Position numbers and translations under genes: made by a program
Assembly (NCBI RefSeq): GCF_964204645.1
Contig: NC_134027.1
Coordinates: 6,914,485 to 6,978,484 of the forward strand
Direction: 5' to 3'
Length of the DNA: 64,000 nt
Origin: Tubulanus polymorphus
Lineage: Eukaryota; Animalia; Nemertea
Notes under the pieces: generated by a model
What the model saw: the letters and a program-made list of their open reading frames with translations, nothing else
The model's database searches: none
Told to the model about the DNA's origin: nothing
In this document: positions 10,301-21,334 of the stretch, piece by piece
Layout: each line of letters starts with the position of its first letter
Position numbering within the stretch: the first letter of the stretch is position 1

Positions 10301-13300
10301 TCGAGGTAGTCCTTGCGGAAGCACACAAAAACATAGCCCCCTTTAGAAAGATAAAATAGTCATTTATTGATTGTGAATAATCGAGCATTGTGTTTCAACT
10401 AGTTTTTATAGCTACTTTATCCTACCTGGTTTGCACATTCGCAATAGTTCCCGAATGGCTTTATATTTAGCGTGTCCTGGAACTATTGTACCACAACAAG
10501 TCACATGATCAAAGGACTCTGAAATTGAAATTGTCCATTGAATTTCCAAGGATATCTGGGGTGGATCTAGGGTCTGAATTAAATTGAATTGCAGGGAGGG
10601 GTGGAGCCCTAAAACAGGGCATGTCATAAACTTCTTATCGGAAAACATTAGCTCATTTTTGGAATTACACAGAACAAGCTTATGAATCTAAACTTTTTAG
10701 TTATCAGTTTAACAATTTTCATTTTCCTGTAAAATTTCTTGGTAACTAGACATTTTTAGGAGGGGGGGGGGGTATGCACCCCCTGCACCCTCCCCTTAGA
10801 TCTGCCCCTGGATACTTTGTACTCTTGAAATCTTCTCCAAGGCCAATATTATCTGTGCACTAATTTTCATGACAAGTTTGAATATCAAAGAATATGTACA
10901 AAGTATGTTAGTATAATATGTTTTTACCTGTTTCAACTGTGCAAGGTTTATCGGCTGATAAATATTCGTTATAATATTTAGTGTATAGTTCATTATCCAT
11001 CGCCACTTTTGCCAACCCAGTTGATGGATCAATGGCATCCATACGACCATCAAAACCTAACTTTCTCAGCTGAAAATGTTAGACACCTTTGAGTTTGAAA
11101 GTATTTGAATTAAACTGGTTAATTATAGAATATTTCAGACCTTGTCATGCAAAGCTTACCTCTTCTGCTACTAGACCAGTGCCAGCCCCAACATCAATGA
11201 GCGAACAGTTTTTATCAGAAACATACTGATTTACCATCTGCGCAGTGTGATATGGTGCCTGGTATGAAGCGCTCTTCACATCCTGAAATTCCCAAAACAC
11301 TGACGCATTTGAAATTTTGTAGAAAAATATTTTATGTGATATCGATGTATTGATAGGCCTGGTTCTTGTGTTACAATACGGTTGATAGCTGTACATCTAA
11401 ATTAGTTCAAGCTTCCTCTAGAATGAATACGAAGTCTGTCATTAGGAATGAATAAATAGGACCCTAAAAGTGCATTTGTTACATTCTGATCTAACCTACC
11501 CTATTATAGCCATTATTCCAGTCATCATAGATGCTGTTCATGTCCATATGATCTTTGCATTTCATGAGTTTGTGGAATTGATCTACGGTTTCCATACCAG
11601 TTCTCGACATGATGGCTGTGATGTGTTTGACACCAGATGGTATATAAACTGAACCTGCTGTATTATATAGGCTTAAAACCAGTTATCAAGTAGACTTTGA
11701 ATGACTGGAACCAAACACAATAACCTTTGTCCGTAATCCTCATTGGTTAAACCATGGACTCTAAAACGAAGTCCATGGTTAAACTGGATAGGAAAATGAT
11801 AGAACCAATTCAAACCATTAATGTCTTAGTCGGGAAATAATTGAACTTTGCCTTCGAATTACTTGAATATAGAGAACCAAGTGCCATTAGATTTATGAAT
11901 TGGGAGTACCGGTAGTGCAAAAACCATGAACACCTAGCCATGGAAAATTTCCACTGATAAGTTAGTTAGTTAGTTAGTAAATCGTTGCTGTCGTATGTAC
12001 ATTATTTTCTTGACATTTGATATAAAGCATGAAAACATTGGAATTTTAGTGTTAAATCTATGTAAAAAGGGAAGAAATATTTTCTAGCAATCTGTGCATG
12101 ATAGAAAAAAATGGTATAAGTGTCAAACCGAAAAATCAAGTACTGTGAGAAAAAGCTCTTCCTAGCCTAATTCTCCAGTACATATCAGTTAGGAAGATCA
12201 TTCAATGTATTTCAAAATGCTAGTCTATGCCCGGCTCTTATAGTAATCATATATTATGATTTTCTAATTCAGATCATGTCGTTGGTCTGTCGGATCCGAA
12301 ATTTGTCAGGAGATTGCAGGAAGAGTAAGTCTCACCGAGCCTTCTTAGCGTAAATTAGAAATTGCATATAACGCATACCAGTTTTCTAATATCCTTCACA
12401 GTAAGAATTGCCTCAGGTACATGTGCAATGTTTTTCTATTTTTCCATCTGTTTTCCAGCAACGATTTCCATCTTTATTGTTCTGATATTACGAAAACGCT
12501 GATTCTTGCAAATGACGATTACAAACCTATCAAACCACATATTGTAAGTGTTTATAGCAAACTACTGTGTTGTGCACCAAAATGTAGTATAAAAAAAATC
12601 TACAGATGCTAAAAAACTTTCTAAAAAGAGAAATATAAGTCACCGAACATTTGATACAGTTTTTATCAAAAATCCTTTCATTTTCTGTTTTCCAGGTGGC
12701 CTTACCAGTTGATCAGTCGACAACTATCAAGATACCTGATCTAGAGAGTTGCATTGGTCAGGTAGGCCTATGTAGTAGTACATATTTCAATTTGCCTTTC
12801 AAATCATTTCCCCAGTTATGATTCAAATATGTTTGTGTCCAAAATTAACCTTTTTTCGTTTACATCAAACATTCAGAACAAATACGATTTGATGCTATTT
12901 ATTTTGTTAGGATGTTGTAGTCACATTGATACCAGCTGGGCATTGTCTTGGATCAGTGATGTAAGTATGAATCACAAACTAAAACTGACGTTAAGTATGA
13001 ATATCAAGTTTTATAAAGTTGAATGAAATTTTTAGGTTCCTATTTGAAGGATGTGAAGGCACCGTGTTATATACAGGTGATTTTAGACTACCTCTTGGAA
13101 GCGCTTCAAGAATTCAACATCTTCACTCAGGAAGCAGGTACGTTACACCCCAAGATTTTTATGATAAAATCTCAATATTGAATTATGGTGTATCACGGGG
13201 ATACAAAACTTTCATTAATTCCAACAAATTTTTTCTTTGGTTGTGTTTCAGACCAAAATCTCTAAAAAGTATGTACGTTGATACAACATTTTGTGTTCCT

Positions 13301-16300
13301 GAAGCTCGTCACATTCCAGAAAGAGACAAAAGTGTTAACGCTGTTATTTCTCTGGTTGATGAATGGATACACATCAGTCCCAGTCACTCTGTTCATCTGC
13401 AGTGTCGAGCAAGGTTCAGTTATGAATACTTATACGAAAGACTCTATGATACATTCAAGATGAAGGTTAGTTCAGTTCAAGAGAAATGGTGAGAGGTTCT
13501 GTGTACTGTATGGACCCATTGTAAATCTAGTAACTTAATAATGATAAAACTATCCTTTTTAGGTTCACGTTCAGCCGTTTCAACTTGCCCAATATGGAAA
13601 TTTACCCTTTGTTTCAAAGTTCTTGACCACAGATCCCTCAGAGACCAAGATCCACTCATGCTATTGCGGGGTAAGCTATTACATCTACCGGCACCTAACT
13701 AATTGATTGAATTACCCTTTGTTTAGAAATTAAGATTAATTCTTAAGCAGAAATATGAGGTGGCTATTAGAACTACTCATCAGATTTATCCATTTCATTT
13801 TAGAAAATTGACCGTAAAACGAAAGATCGTTTGCCTTGTGGACATGTACCAAAAGATAGTTCTGATTTGAAATTACGTCTCATCAAACCTTCAACAATGT
13901 GGTTCACTAATCGTGCTGTGTCAAGGAATGATATAATAGTGAATACTACAGGAATTGATCGTGTTTGCTACTGCTTCCATTCGTCCGATACCGAGATTCA
14001 AGATTTTGTTTCATACTTGAAACCAGATAACGTCTATCCTAATGTAAAACCAGCTACTTGTTCAATGAATACGGTAATTATTTTATGTATGTATGCGGTG
14101 GTCCGCAAAGGGTATTTTTTGCTACAATGTAGAAATACTTGTTCTTTCTGATATTAGTTGCTACAAAACCAACTGCTTGACAAGGAAAAATATATTGATT
14201 TAAATCATTGTTTGATTTAGGTGGAAGAAAGACTTCAGAAATTTCTTACTACTGAAAATTTTGACCAAAACCTTCCTGTTACTCCCTGTAAAGATGAACA
14301 ACCTCTTGGGATGATTAGGAAGCGTAGGCTTTCTAGCGGTAAGTGAGGCATTCCAAAATGAACAAAATTCTGTAGTTTGTAGTTACCGGTAGATATGCAA
14401 TTATTTCAATCATTTCACAATTTTAGGTGTTGTATATCGAAGTTGTGACGATGACGATGACTTTGATTCAGGAGTGATCTCCAGCAATAAGAGAGTATGT
14501 CAAAAGTCCTCGACAGAAAATGATTTATTCATTTCACCGACGAAAAGTGTGGCCAGTTTTGGGTCGGAATATCGATCGTTCAGTGGGAGTGAACTCGACT
14601 TGTTCAGCGACGAAGAGAAAGAAGATGCTGGTGCAAAGTCAGCAAGTCAGCAAAGTCTTCTAGCTTATATAAGTGATGATGAGGACTGCCTAGACCGAAT
14701 AGATAATGCTGTAGGGAATGCTGAATGTAATGAAAGGAAATCGCTCGAGAGGACACAAACTGGAATTGATGGAAATGGAATTGAATTTCAGAAAGATTCT
14801 AACACCTCGGAGAGCTGTCAAGATGAGTGTATAAAGGATGATTTGGAGGTTGGTCGTTGTGTTAATTATGAAACTGGTAAATATAACATGGATTTTGATA
14901 ATAAGTCTCAGGAGAATGAAAATGCTATTTCTACTAATGATTCTGAATTGTTGAAGGTGACTACTGAAAGTGATCCAAAGGATAATGGTAGCATTGTTGG
15001 CGATGAGATTGATCTTTCAAAGGTTGTAAACGACAGTGTTGATACTGATAAAAGTAATGTGAATCAAGTTGTTGGATCAGTGCAATCCAAGGATAATGAA
15101 CTCGAAAAAAAAAAAGGTGATAGTCATACTGTTAAAAATGATACGGAAATGGTGAAACCAGGGACTTCCATGACAATATGTGATGAAGATGATGATGTTA
15201 TGTGCACTGGTGAAAAACTAGGCAATCCTCAGTTTGTTCGTATTGCTATTGGAAATGAAAATAAGTTAGTTCCTTTAAGCGTTGCTCAACATTTGATAAA
15301 AAGTAATAGATTTAGTAAACGCATAGTCAAACAGGGATTTGTTATTCCATCGGTGAAAAAACATAAAGCGAAACCTAATTTCATCGATCTGACTGAAGAT
15401 TCGGATGATATTTCCGAAAATGGAGATGAAAATTTGACGTTTTTCGATGCCGAGGAAGAACACGATGTTACGGATGAAGAAGCGCCTGGGAGTATTTATT
15501 CGAATGAGGTGATAATACCAGCAGATGGAGGAACTCAAAATTTTCCTCGCAGAATCGATCGAGGTATGCATTGCATTAGTAGTGACGAGGGAGGAGATTC
15601 AGATTTGAATGAACATGAATTTCTAACGATGGATGACGATGAAAGTGACAATTCACAGCAATTCATATCCACACACTGCTGTCGCTATGTTAATGCTGTT
15701 GCGGACAATGATATGTTTGATTCAACTGATTATGACACCGATCATGACGATGATACGTCTATTTTAGCGAAGCACAGGAATTCATATAGTTCGATCAGAG
15801 CGTCTGAAAAATATGGACAACATACACGGCCGATTGAAAGCCATAGTAAAGAATATTACAGATCGTTGCCTAAACCTTCAACGAATGTGAATGATGATAG
15901 CATTATTGTGTTAGATTCGGATTCTGATAGCGAAATTGATACAAACAGGAAAATCAGTGATACCACTGAATATATTGGTGCTGAACGGGTGTCTGATATT
16001 AAGAATTCTTGTATTAAAGTGGGACGTGATGATTTGAATCACTGCATATCTCAACAATCACATAGTTCAGCTGATGATACTGAATTAAATGGCAGAAATG
16101 TTACAAATCAAAAGTTGGAAAAAACGAGTACTGATACCGGTGAATGTTTATCACTTGTAACAACAGAAAAGGTGAATTGGGCAGAATTGGAGCGAACAAT
16201 GTCAGGGTCGCATTCTGATTGGCCGACAATCAATTGTACCACAACTGATGGCGATGATGTGGTTAGTGAAATGAAAAATCACGGTACCGTTTTGGATAAA

Positions 16301-16546
16301 AGTGTTGAATCAGTTAATGACGTTAGTAATGAAATCTTCTTGAACGAAACTGTTGCAATAGAATATGACCAAGATACAACTATAGAACTTGATGCACCGC
16401 AATCTAGTACCGGTAGTGGAGAAGAGAAATTATCTAATGAAAGACAGGAATCTACCGAAAAAAAAAACAATGAAGAGAAAAGGCATTTACTTGTTGCTGA
16501 GACCGAAATAAATGTCTCGGAGAACTCAGTTCAGACTGCTGAATGA
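7319..16546 (+). CDS. DCLRE1C: Artemis nuclease (metallo-beta-lactamase/beta-CASP), 11 exons, ~1097 aa
   Basis: Exons 7319-7427, 12273-12324, 12459-12543, 12696-12761, 12911-12960, 13036-13137, 13252-13465, 13563-13670, 13804-14073, 14221-14338, 14427-16546, all GT-AG and in phase (3294 nt). [36 protein letters not shown]|DHV (HxHxDH), [49 protein letters not shown]. Exon 1 is missing from the ORF track. Confidence 0.95.
7649..8893 (-). CDS. Class I SAM-dependent methyltransferase, METTL27/WBSCR27-like, copy A (~220 aa), nested in Artemis intron 1
   Basis: Exons 8783-8893, 8424-8546, 8192-8333, 7927-8019, 7649-7842 (663 nt). [17 protein letters not shown], motif [51 protein letters not shown]. 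Confidence 0.88.
8952..9332. mobile_element. Tc1/mariner-type MITE, TA target duplication
   Basis: TA|cagggtgtctcagaaaatgtgtta ... taacacattttttgagacgccctg|TA; the element is absent at the paralogous site of copy B (~11660). Confidence 0.9.
9460..9703. mobile_element. Degenerate TIR element sharing its internal sequence with 4102-4379
   Basis: ggtctaaatttggtaca / tgttccaatttggacc imperfect inverted ends; shared ~170-bp core. Confidence 0.5.
10147..11610 (-). CDS. Class I SAM-dependent methyltransferase, METTL27/WBSCR27-like, copy B (~220 aa), nested in Artemis intron 1
   Basis: Exons 11500-11610, 11160-11282, 10928-11069, 10426-10518, 10147-10340; same exon sizes as copy A, open frame, same motifs (IYDDW, DVGAGTG, CKPGG). 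Confidence 0.88.
10556..10810. mobile_element. MITE with CAGGGGYGGATCTA-type TIRs in intron 3 of methyltransferase copy B
   Basis: ctggggtggatctag ... cttagatctgcccctg, flanked by gatat/gatac; copy A has the empty site (ccatggatattttg at ~8047-8060). Confidence 0.85.
11751..11779. mobile_element. 29-bp minimal TIR element with TAA duplication; relative at 59116-59159
   Basis: taa|accatggactctaaaacgaagtccatggt|taa; copy A has the empty site cattggttaaactg (~9403). Confidence 0.7.
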
Positions 16547-17139
16547 GTGCTATGGAGAACATGCATAACAATGTTTCTTATTTCACTGATAATAGTGCAT
16601 TAAAAAAACAAGGCTTATTTGTGAAATTATGTCTGCTTCCTGGATGCTTGTCTTGCATCTTGTCATTTACATTACAAGAAATGGGGGAGATGAAACATTA
16701 GATAATTTTGGTTTTAAACCCATTGCATTAATTGACAAAGCTCATTACATGTAACTCACATGTAAGCCACTAAGTTAACAGGCAAGATGATAAAACATAG
16801 TATTAAAGCCTTCCCTTTGGCTTGAACAACTGCCAATTCACTATGTACACCGTATATTTCAATTGTGATTCACTAAACAATGTATGAACTTGTGCAATGA
16901 TATTTTTTGTTCTATGAATTGATCGTTTTTAGGTTTTTGATTTGAATGCTGTTTACACAATGAGGAATGAATCATACAATAAAACTTTCTGCAGTGTTAT
17001 GATCACCAGAAAAGTAGATATGTGCACGTTAAATGTTTCAATTAGTTTTGGATTTTCTTAAAATTTTCTTTATTTTCCTTGATTCATGTTCTGTTTGTTA
17101 TAATTCATGTTACCTTGTTTTAAACCGACTGTAGCTAAT

Positions 17140-17313
17140 TCATCTTTCATTTATTACGTACGCTTAAAATTTAAATTTTTCAACCCCCCTCCCCCTCTGT
17201 ACGCAAAATCGGCATTTTTTTTCATATACATTAAGCATTACAGTATGCATTTGCACAATTGCACTGACCCCTCCCCCTCCCCTAATGCGTACGTAATAAA
17301 TGAATGATCCCTT
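17140..17313. mobile_element. MITE (possibly PIF/Harbinger-type) between Artemis and Rab
   Basis: Inverted repeat ttcatttattacgtacgc / gcgtacgtaataaatgaa with internal cccctcccc tracts; left end degenerate. Confidence 0.7.
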
Positions 17314-18252
17314 ATAAAGAAATCTTTGCCGTTCTAGTGCAATTGCCATCTAGATAATGTCCTTCAAATTGAACTGATCTGTATCGAGTGGGTTTACATT
17401 TGTAGTGGAATGAGCAGCTGTAGCACATTATGTTATTATTCGTTCTCGCACTCTTGATCAATTGTTGTAATTAGATGATGGAATATATTTATTCAGTATT
17501 TTGTAATTCCTGGTTTTTATTGTTTTTAGCGCACTGCGAGGTGTTTACTTTTTGCATGTTGTCCATCCATCCGTGAATCTATTTTTGGGGTTCTAAGTTT
17601 CAATACATTTTGATGTATGGTTTTGGTATTTGGTTTATGTATACCCTGGATACATCTGCAGCCCAAAAATTGGCCCTATCTATTGGAATCAAGGTGGCTG
17701 ACTTGGATAATTTTGAAGCCAATTTGATCAATACAATAAACAAAATAACAAAGATCTTAGACATAGGGATTGACAGCCAGGAGAAATGCAACAAACCGCG
17801 TACATACATGAACAGATTTTATTGATATAAAACTCAAACATAAATATGATTCAAACTGCAAAATATGGTTAAGTACACTATAATTTATATCATTAAGATT
17901 TCTCTGGAATGTTTTGTTATTTGATAACTTTTTCATTATAATTAGCACCAAAACAATAATTTGTCTGCTGTCAGCAGCTTCTAAGTTTAAAAAATTACAG
18001 AATTGCATAATCTTGTTTACTCCCCTTTCCCCAGGATTCATAAACTAGTAAATTAATAAATAAAAAAATTTATACATTTCCTGAGTTATCTAGAATTATA
18101 AAATTATACGTTGGTAATAATATGTATTAAAGTACTTATTAAAATGTAAATTGAGTCAAGGTTACATGGGAATATGGATTAAAACTGATCTATACTAACT
18201 CTACATGTACACTTGTAAAATGCTACATATAATAAGTGAAGATTACACGCTA

Positions 18253-18390
18253 CAGCGGGAACCTTGTTATGACGAACTTCAGGGGACAAGAAAACATGTT
18301 CATTTATATCCAGCATGAAATTATTAAAAGTGTCCTATCAATGTGGTGAAAATCTACGTTCGTAAAAACCGTTATAACGAGGTTCCGCTG
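18253..18390. mobile_element. pogo/Tigger-like short MITE
   Basis: TA|cagcgggaaccttgttatgacg ... cgttataacgaggttccgctg; right-hand TA is not intact. Confidence 0.75.
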
Positions 18391-18662
18391 AAATAGCCAT
18401 GATCAGTATATCTAAAAAAAGTTCCAACTTAATGCGTTTCATCAATGAAATCCCCACAATAAATAAATCAGCCTAAAATTTTAAATTCTTGAGAAGAATA
18501 ATACTTTTCTATACAAACGTATACACACTTCTATTCAAGAACTTTACATCTTTAGCTGAATTATTGTGGGATTTCTCTCATATATTCATCTTGCACAGAT
18601 ATTGTGTATTTTATCAACTTAACAGAAATAACAAAGTTCAAGTGGATGAAAAAAATACTGCC

Positions 18663-20096
18663 TTATCCACATGTACAGTTCGAGTTTTTCTGCTTTGTTT
18701 CGTCGGCATGACTTACAATTACACGGTCGCCTTGAATTTTTAAAAAGGCTGGCATTTCATGTTTGGCATTCAAGTCTATGAGTAACTTTTCCGCAATTTT
18801 GTAAAACGCTTCCTCAACACCTTCGCCTGTTAAAGATAAATCATTTAAAAATCAAATTGTAACGTAACCTCATTAGAATTTACACGAATACAATAACTTA
18901 ATGAGTAAGCCTATCTAAGAAAATCTCAAACAAATTGAGGATACATAATTACTGGTATATTTGCATGTAATATAATAGAATGCTTTTAGCGAGTACAATA
19001 AATCAGTTAACTTTTGATATTATTTTTTTTCAATGAAATTCAACGATGTTTAAAAATTTAGTCAAGGCAATAGGAAAATTATTAAATGAATATCAGTCTT
19101 TACCTGTTTTGGCAGAAAGAGTAAATGCTAAGTCAATACAATAAATGGATTTGAAATCATCTATGGCATCTGGTTTGATTTCAGAACCAAGATCACATTT
19201 GTTTCCTATTAAAAGTTTTAATGCTGGAAAAAAACAACAGATAACAAAAATTATAGTAAAATAGGGGGCAGGAGTTACAGAATTGGAAACTAAAATGTGT
19301 CTATCTTACCACCAAAAGGTGCATAGGCGTTAGCGTCATCTACCCATTTCGGCAGAAAGTGTAATGATGATGGATTGTCAACACTGTACAAGACAACAAC
19401 TGCATGAGCATTACGATAGTAATTCAGTGTTAAAGTTCTGAATCTCTCTTCACCAGCTGTATCCCAAACGGTAAACTACATAGAATAATGCAATACGTGT
19501 TGCAGGATCTGGTCATCCTTATTACCGAGATGACCCGCACGATCGAGGTACAAATTGAAGACTTGTATTATTTATAAATGTCTAATGTCAATTTCAACCC
19601 TACTTGAGAGCATTCCGGGTGGCCTAGCTCGCTAATTTTCGGTAGTACATACCTGATAAAGGTCTTAATGGGACCAGAAAGGACTGGCAGTCGACTTAAA
19701 ACAGTACCTAGGCTAGCCGTTGTTCCTCGCAGGGAACCGTAACGACTGGTATTCAGACTATCTATCAGGTAGGCCTATGTACCGTCAAAACTGGTTGAGC
19801 TAGGCCACCTGATGAGCTCTCAAGTCAAGTTGAAATAGACGTAGGCCTAGTATATTAGAATAGAAAGAACATTTGAATTGAATAAGAATGAAAGAAAGTC
19901 TGAAAACACTTGCCGAAATTTTATGATTACCAACTGTCACTATCTTGGAACAACTATTAACGACGTTATTTTTTTTAACCGATTCTTTGAAATCGTTGTC
20001 GCGAAGTCTATAAAAAAGCGAAGTCTTCCCTACTCCCACTTCGCCTAATAAAACTACTTTGAAAACAGGTCCCTCAGTTCCACGGCCAGCGGCCAT
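18663..20096 (-). CDS. Divergent Rab-family small GTPase, 4 exons
   Basis: Exons ~19914-20096, 19310-19475, 19104-19223, 18663-18826. FKVVLLGEVGVGKTS (G1), WDTAGEERFRTLTLNYYRNAHA (G3/RabF), LIGNKCDL (G4), LSAKTGEGV (G5), C-terminus NSNCTCG*. Intron 1 needs a GC donor. Confidence 0.9.
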
Positions 20097-20140
20097 TTTG
20101 TTCAATCACATGACCTTTGCCTATAGGGCCTATGTTATTA

Positions 20141-20550
20141 TAGACTGGTTGCCTGTCTCATTCAATATACCGGCCTTTTTATGAACCAGCAAAATCGAAA
20201 TAGATTAGCTATTTAGATTATATAGCCGATTAGTGTCAATTAGCATAACCGGGTATGTTGGTTGATAAAAACGCCAGGTAGAAATTATTCAATTATGGCC
20301 TACTCAGCAGCGACTTCTACCGAGAACACCATATCGGTTGGATTAGTAGATAATCGGCATACTTGCTCGCCGAGCGAGTATGCTGAGTATGCTAATCGAT
20401 TATGATAACCAATGTTCATAAAAATGACGGATCATGACATAATCCATGCTCATAAAAACGTTTTGCATACTCGAATATACTAATCGAGTGTTCATAAAAA
20501 GGCCTTCATAAAAGGCCTCTAATTGAAGATATACACCGGTAACCAGTCTA
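20141..20550. mobile_element. MITE with 9-bp TSD (Mutator-like by TSD length) containing a second TIR pair
   Basis: atgttatta|tagactggttgcctgt ... acaccggtaaccagtcta|atgttatta; inner ggcctttttatgaac (20172) / gttcataaaaaggcc (to 20504). Confidence 0.85.
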
Positions 20551-21129
20551 ATGTTATTAGGGACTATTAAACATTATTATTATTATTAATGGTTACCCTG
20601 GCCCTAAAACAATCACCTGAAATATTGAATTGACGGTATCAGGATGTCAGTTTCTTCTGAGCTCACCAGAAGAACGCTTTTACACCCATCATCAAGATCA
20701 TTAAAACTGGGAGAGATTATATCTTAAGGTATTGATGCATCTAGATAGGAAATGTATTTCGTTAACTCCCGGGCACCACGGGCAGAATCTTTCGTTTGCT
20801 GGTTTTTTGTACCTGCCTCTCTATTTCCAAGTTATGATTAGAGATACGCAGTTTTGCAAAGGACGATGAGGCCGGCTCTGTCCATGAGACCCGGTCACGC
20901 ATTGATCAAATGTTTCTTTGCTCTGGTCCAATTCATCTGCCCTGCTCCATCCCGTCGCTGTGTCCAAAATTGAACTGCCGCGGCCGGCGGGGAACACACT
21001 CGTCGTGAATAAAAAAGAAACAAACTTTGCTCGAACACGGAAAGTGTTATCATAAAAGATATCAAATCTATCATTAGTAGGTTCCATCATTGGAGTTTGA
21101 TGGGGTGGGTTTCCATTTGATTCGACTAG

Positions 21130-21334
21130 TTTACACGAGCAGTGAGGTCTGCGGCAGCCCCCCCCCCCCTGTTCGAACACATGTATTTGTTTACAAATAT
21201 ACTGAGCAAGAGCATGCGCACTGGGAATAAAATGGCGGAAACTCTCTTGTGAAAAAAACGCAAAATGGGCAAGCTCCGAATCCGATTTCCGGGTTTTCCT
21301 CAACAGCACCAACGCCATCTGTAGATGAAGCAAA
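21130..21334 (+). promoter_or_regulatory. Probable LEMD3 proximal promoter/5' UTR (divergent from Rab)
   Basis: CpG-rich; NRF1-like gcatgcgca at ~21212; YY1-like aaaatggcgg at ~21229 and caaaatggcg at the ATG. Confidence 0.5.

Noticed and set aside
19800-19850. CTGATGAG...GAAA resembling a hammerhead ribozyme core (similar at ~43000 on the minus strand)
   Set aside because: No convincing stem II abutting GAAA and no stem III/GUH cleavage site could be built by eye; an Infernal scan would settle it.
18663-20096. Assigning a specific Rab number (or a KLHL number to 39957-42028)
   Set aside because: Sequences are too divergent to name a subfamily without phylogeny.
20650-20677. Hairpin tttcttctg-agctcac-cagaagaa
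   Set aside because: Short isolated inverted repeat with no supporting context.
20821-21333. 170-aa minus-strand ORF upstream of LEMD3
   Set aside because: Falls in the GC/CpG-rich promoter region; no recognisable motif or splice context.
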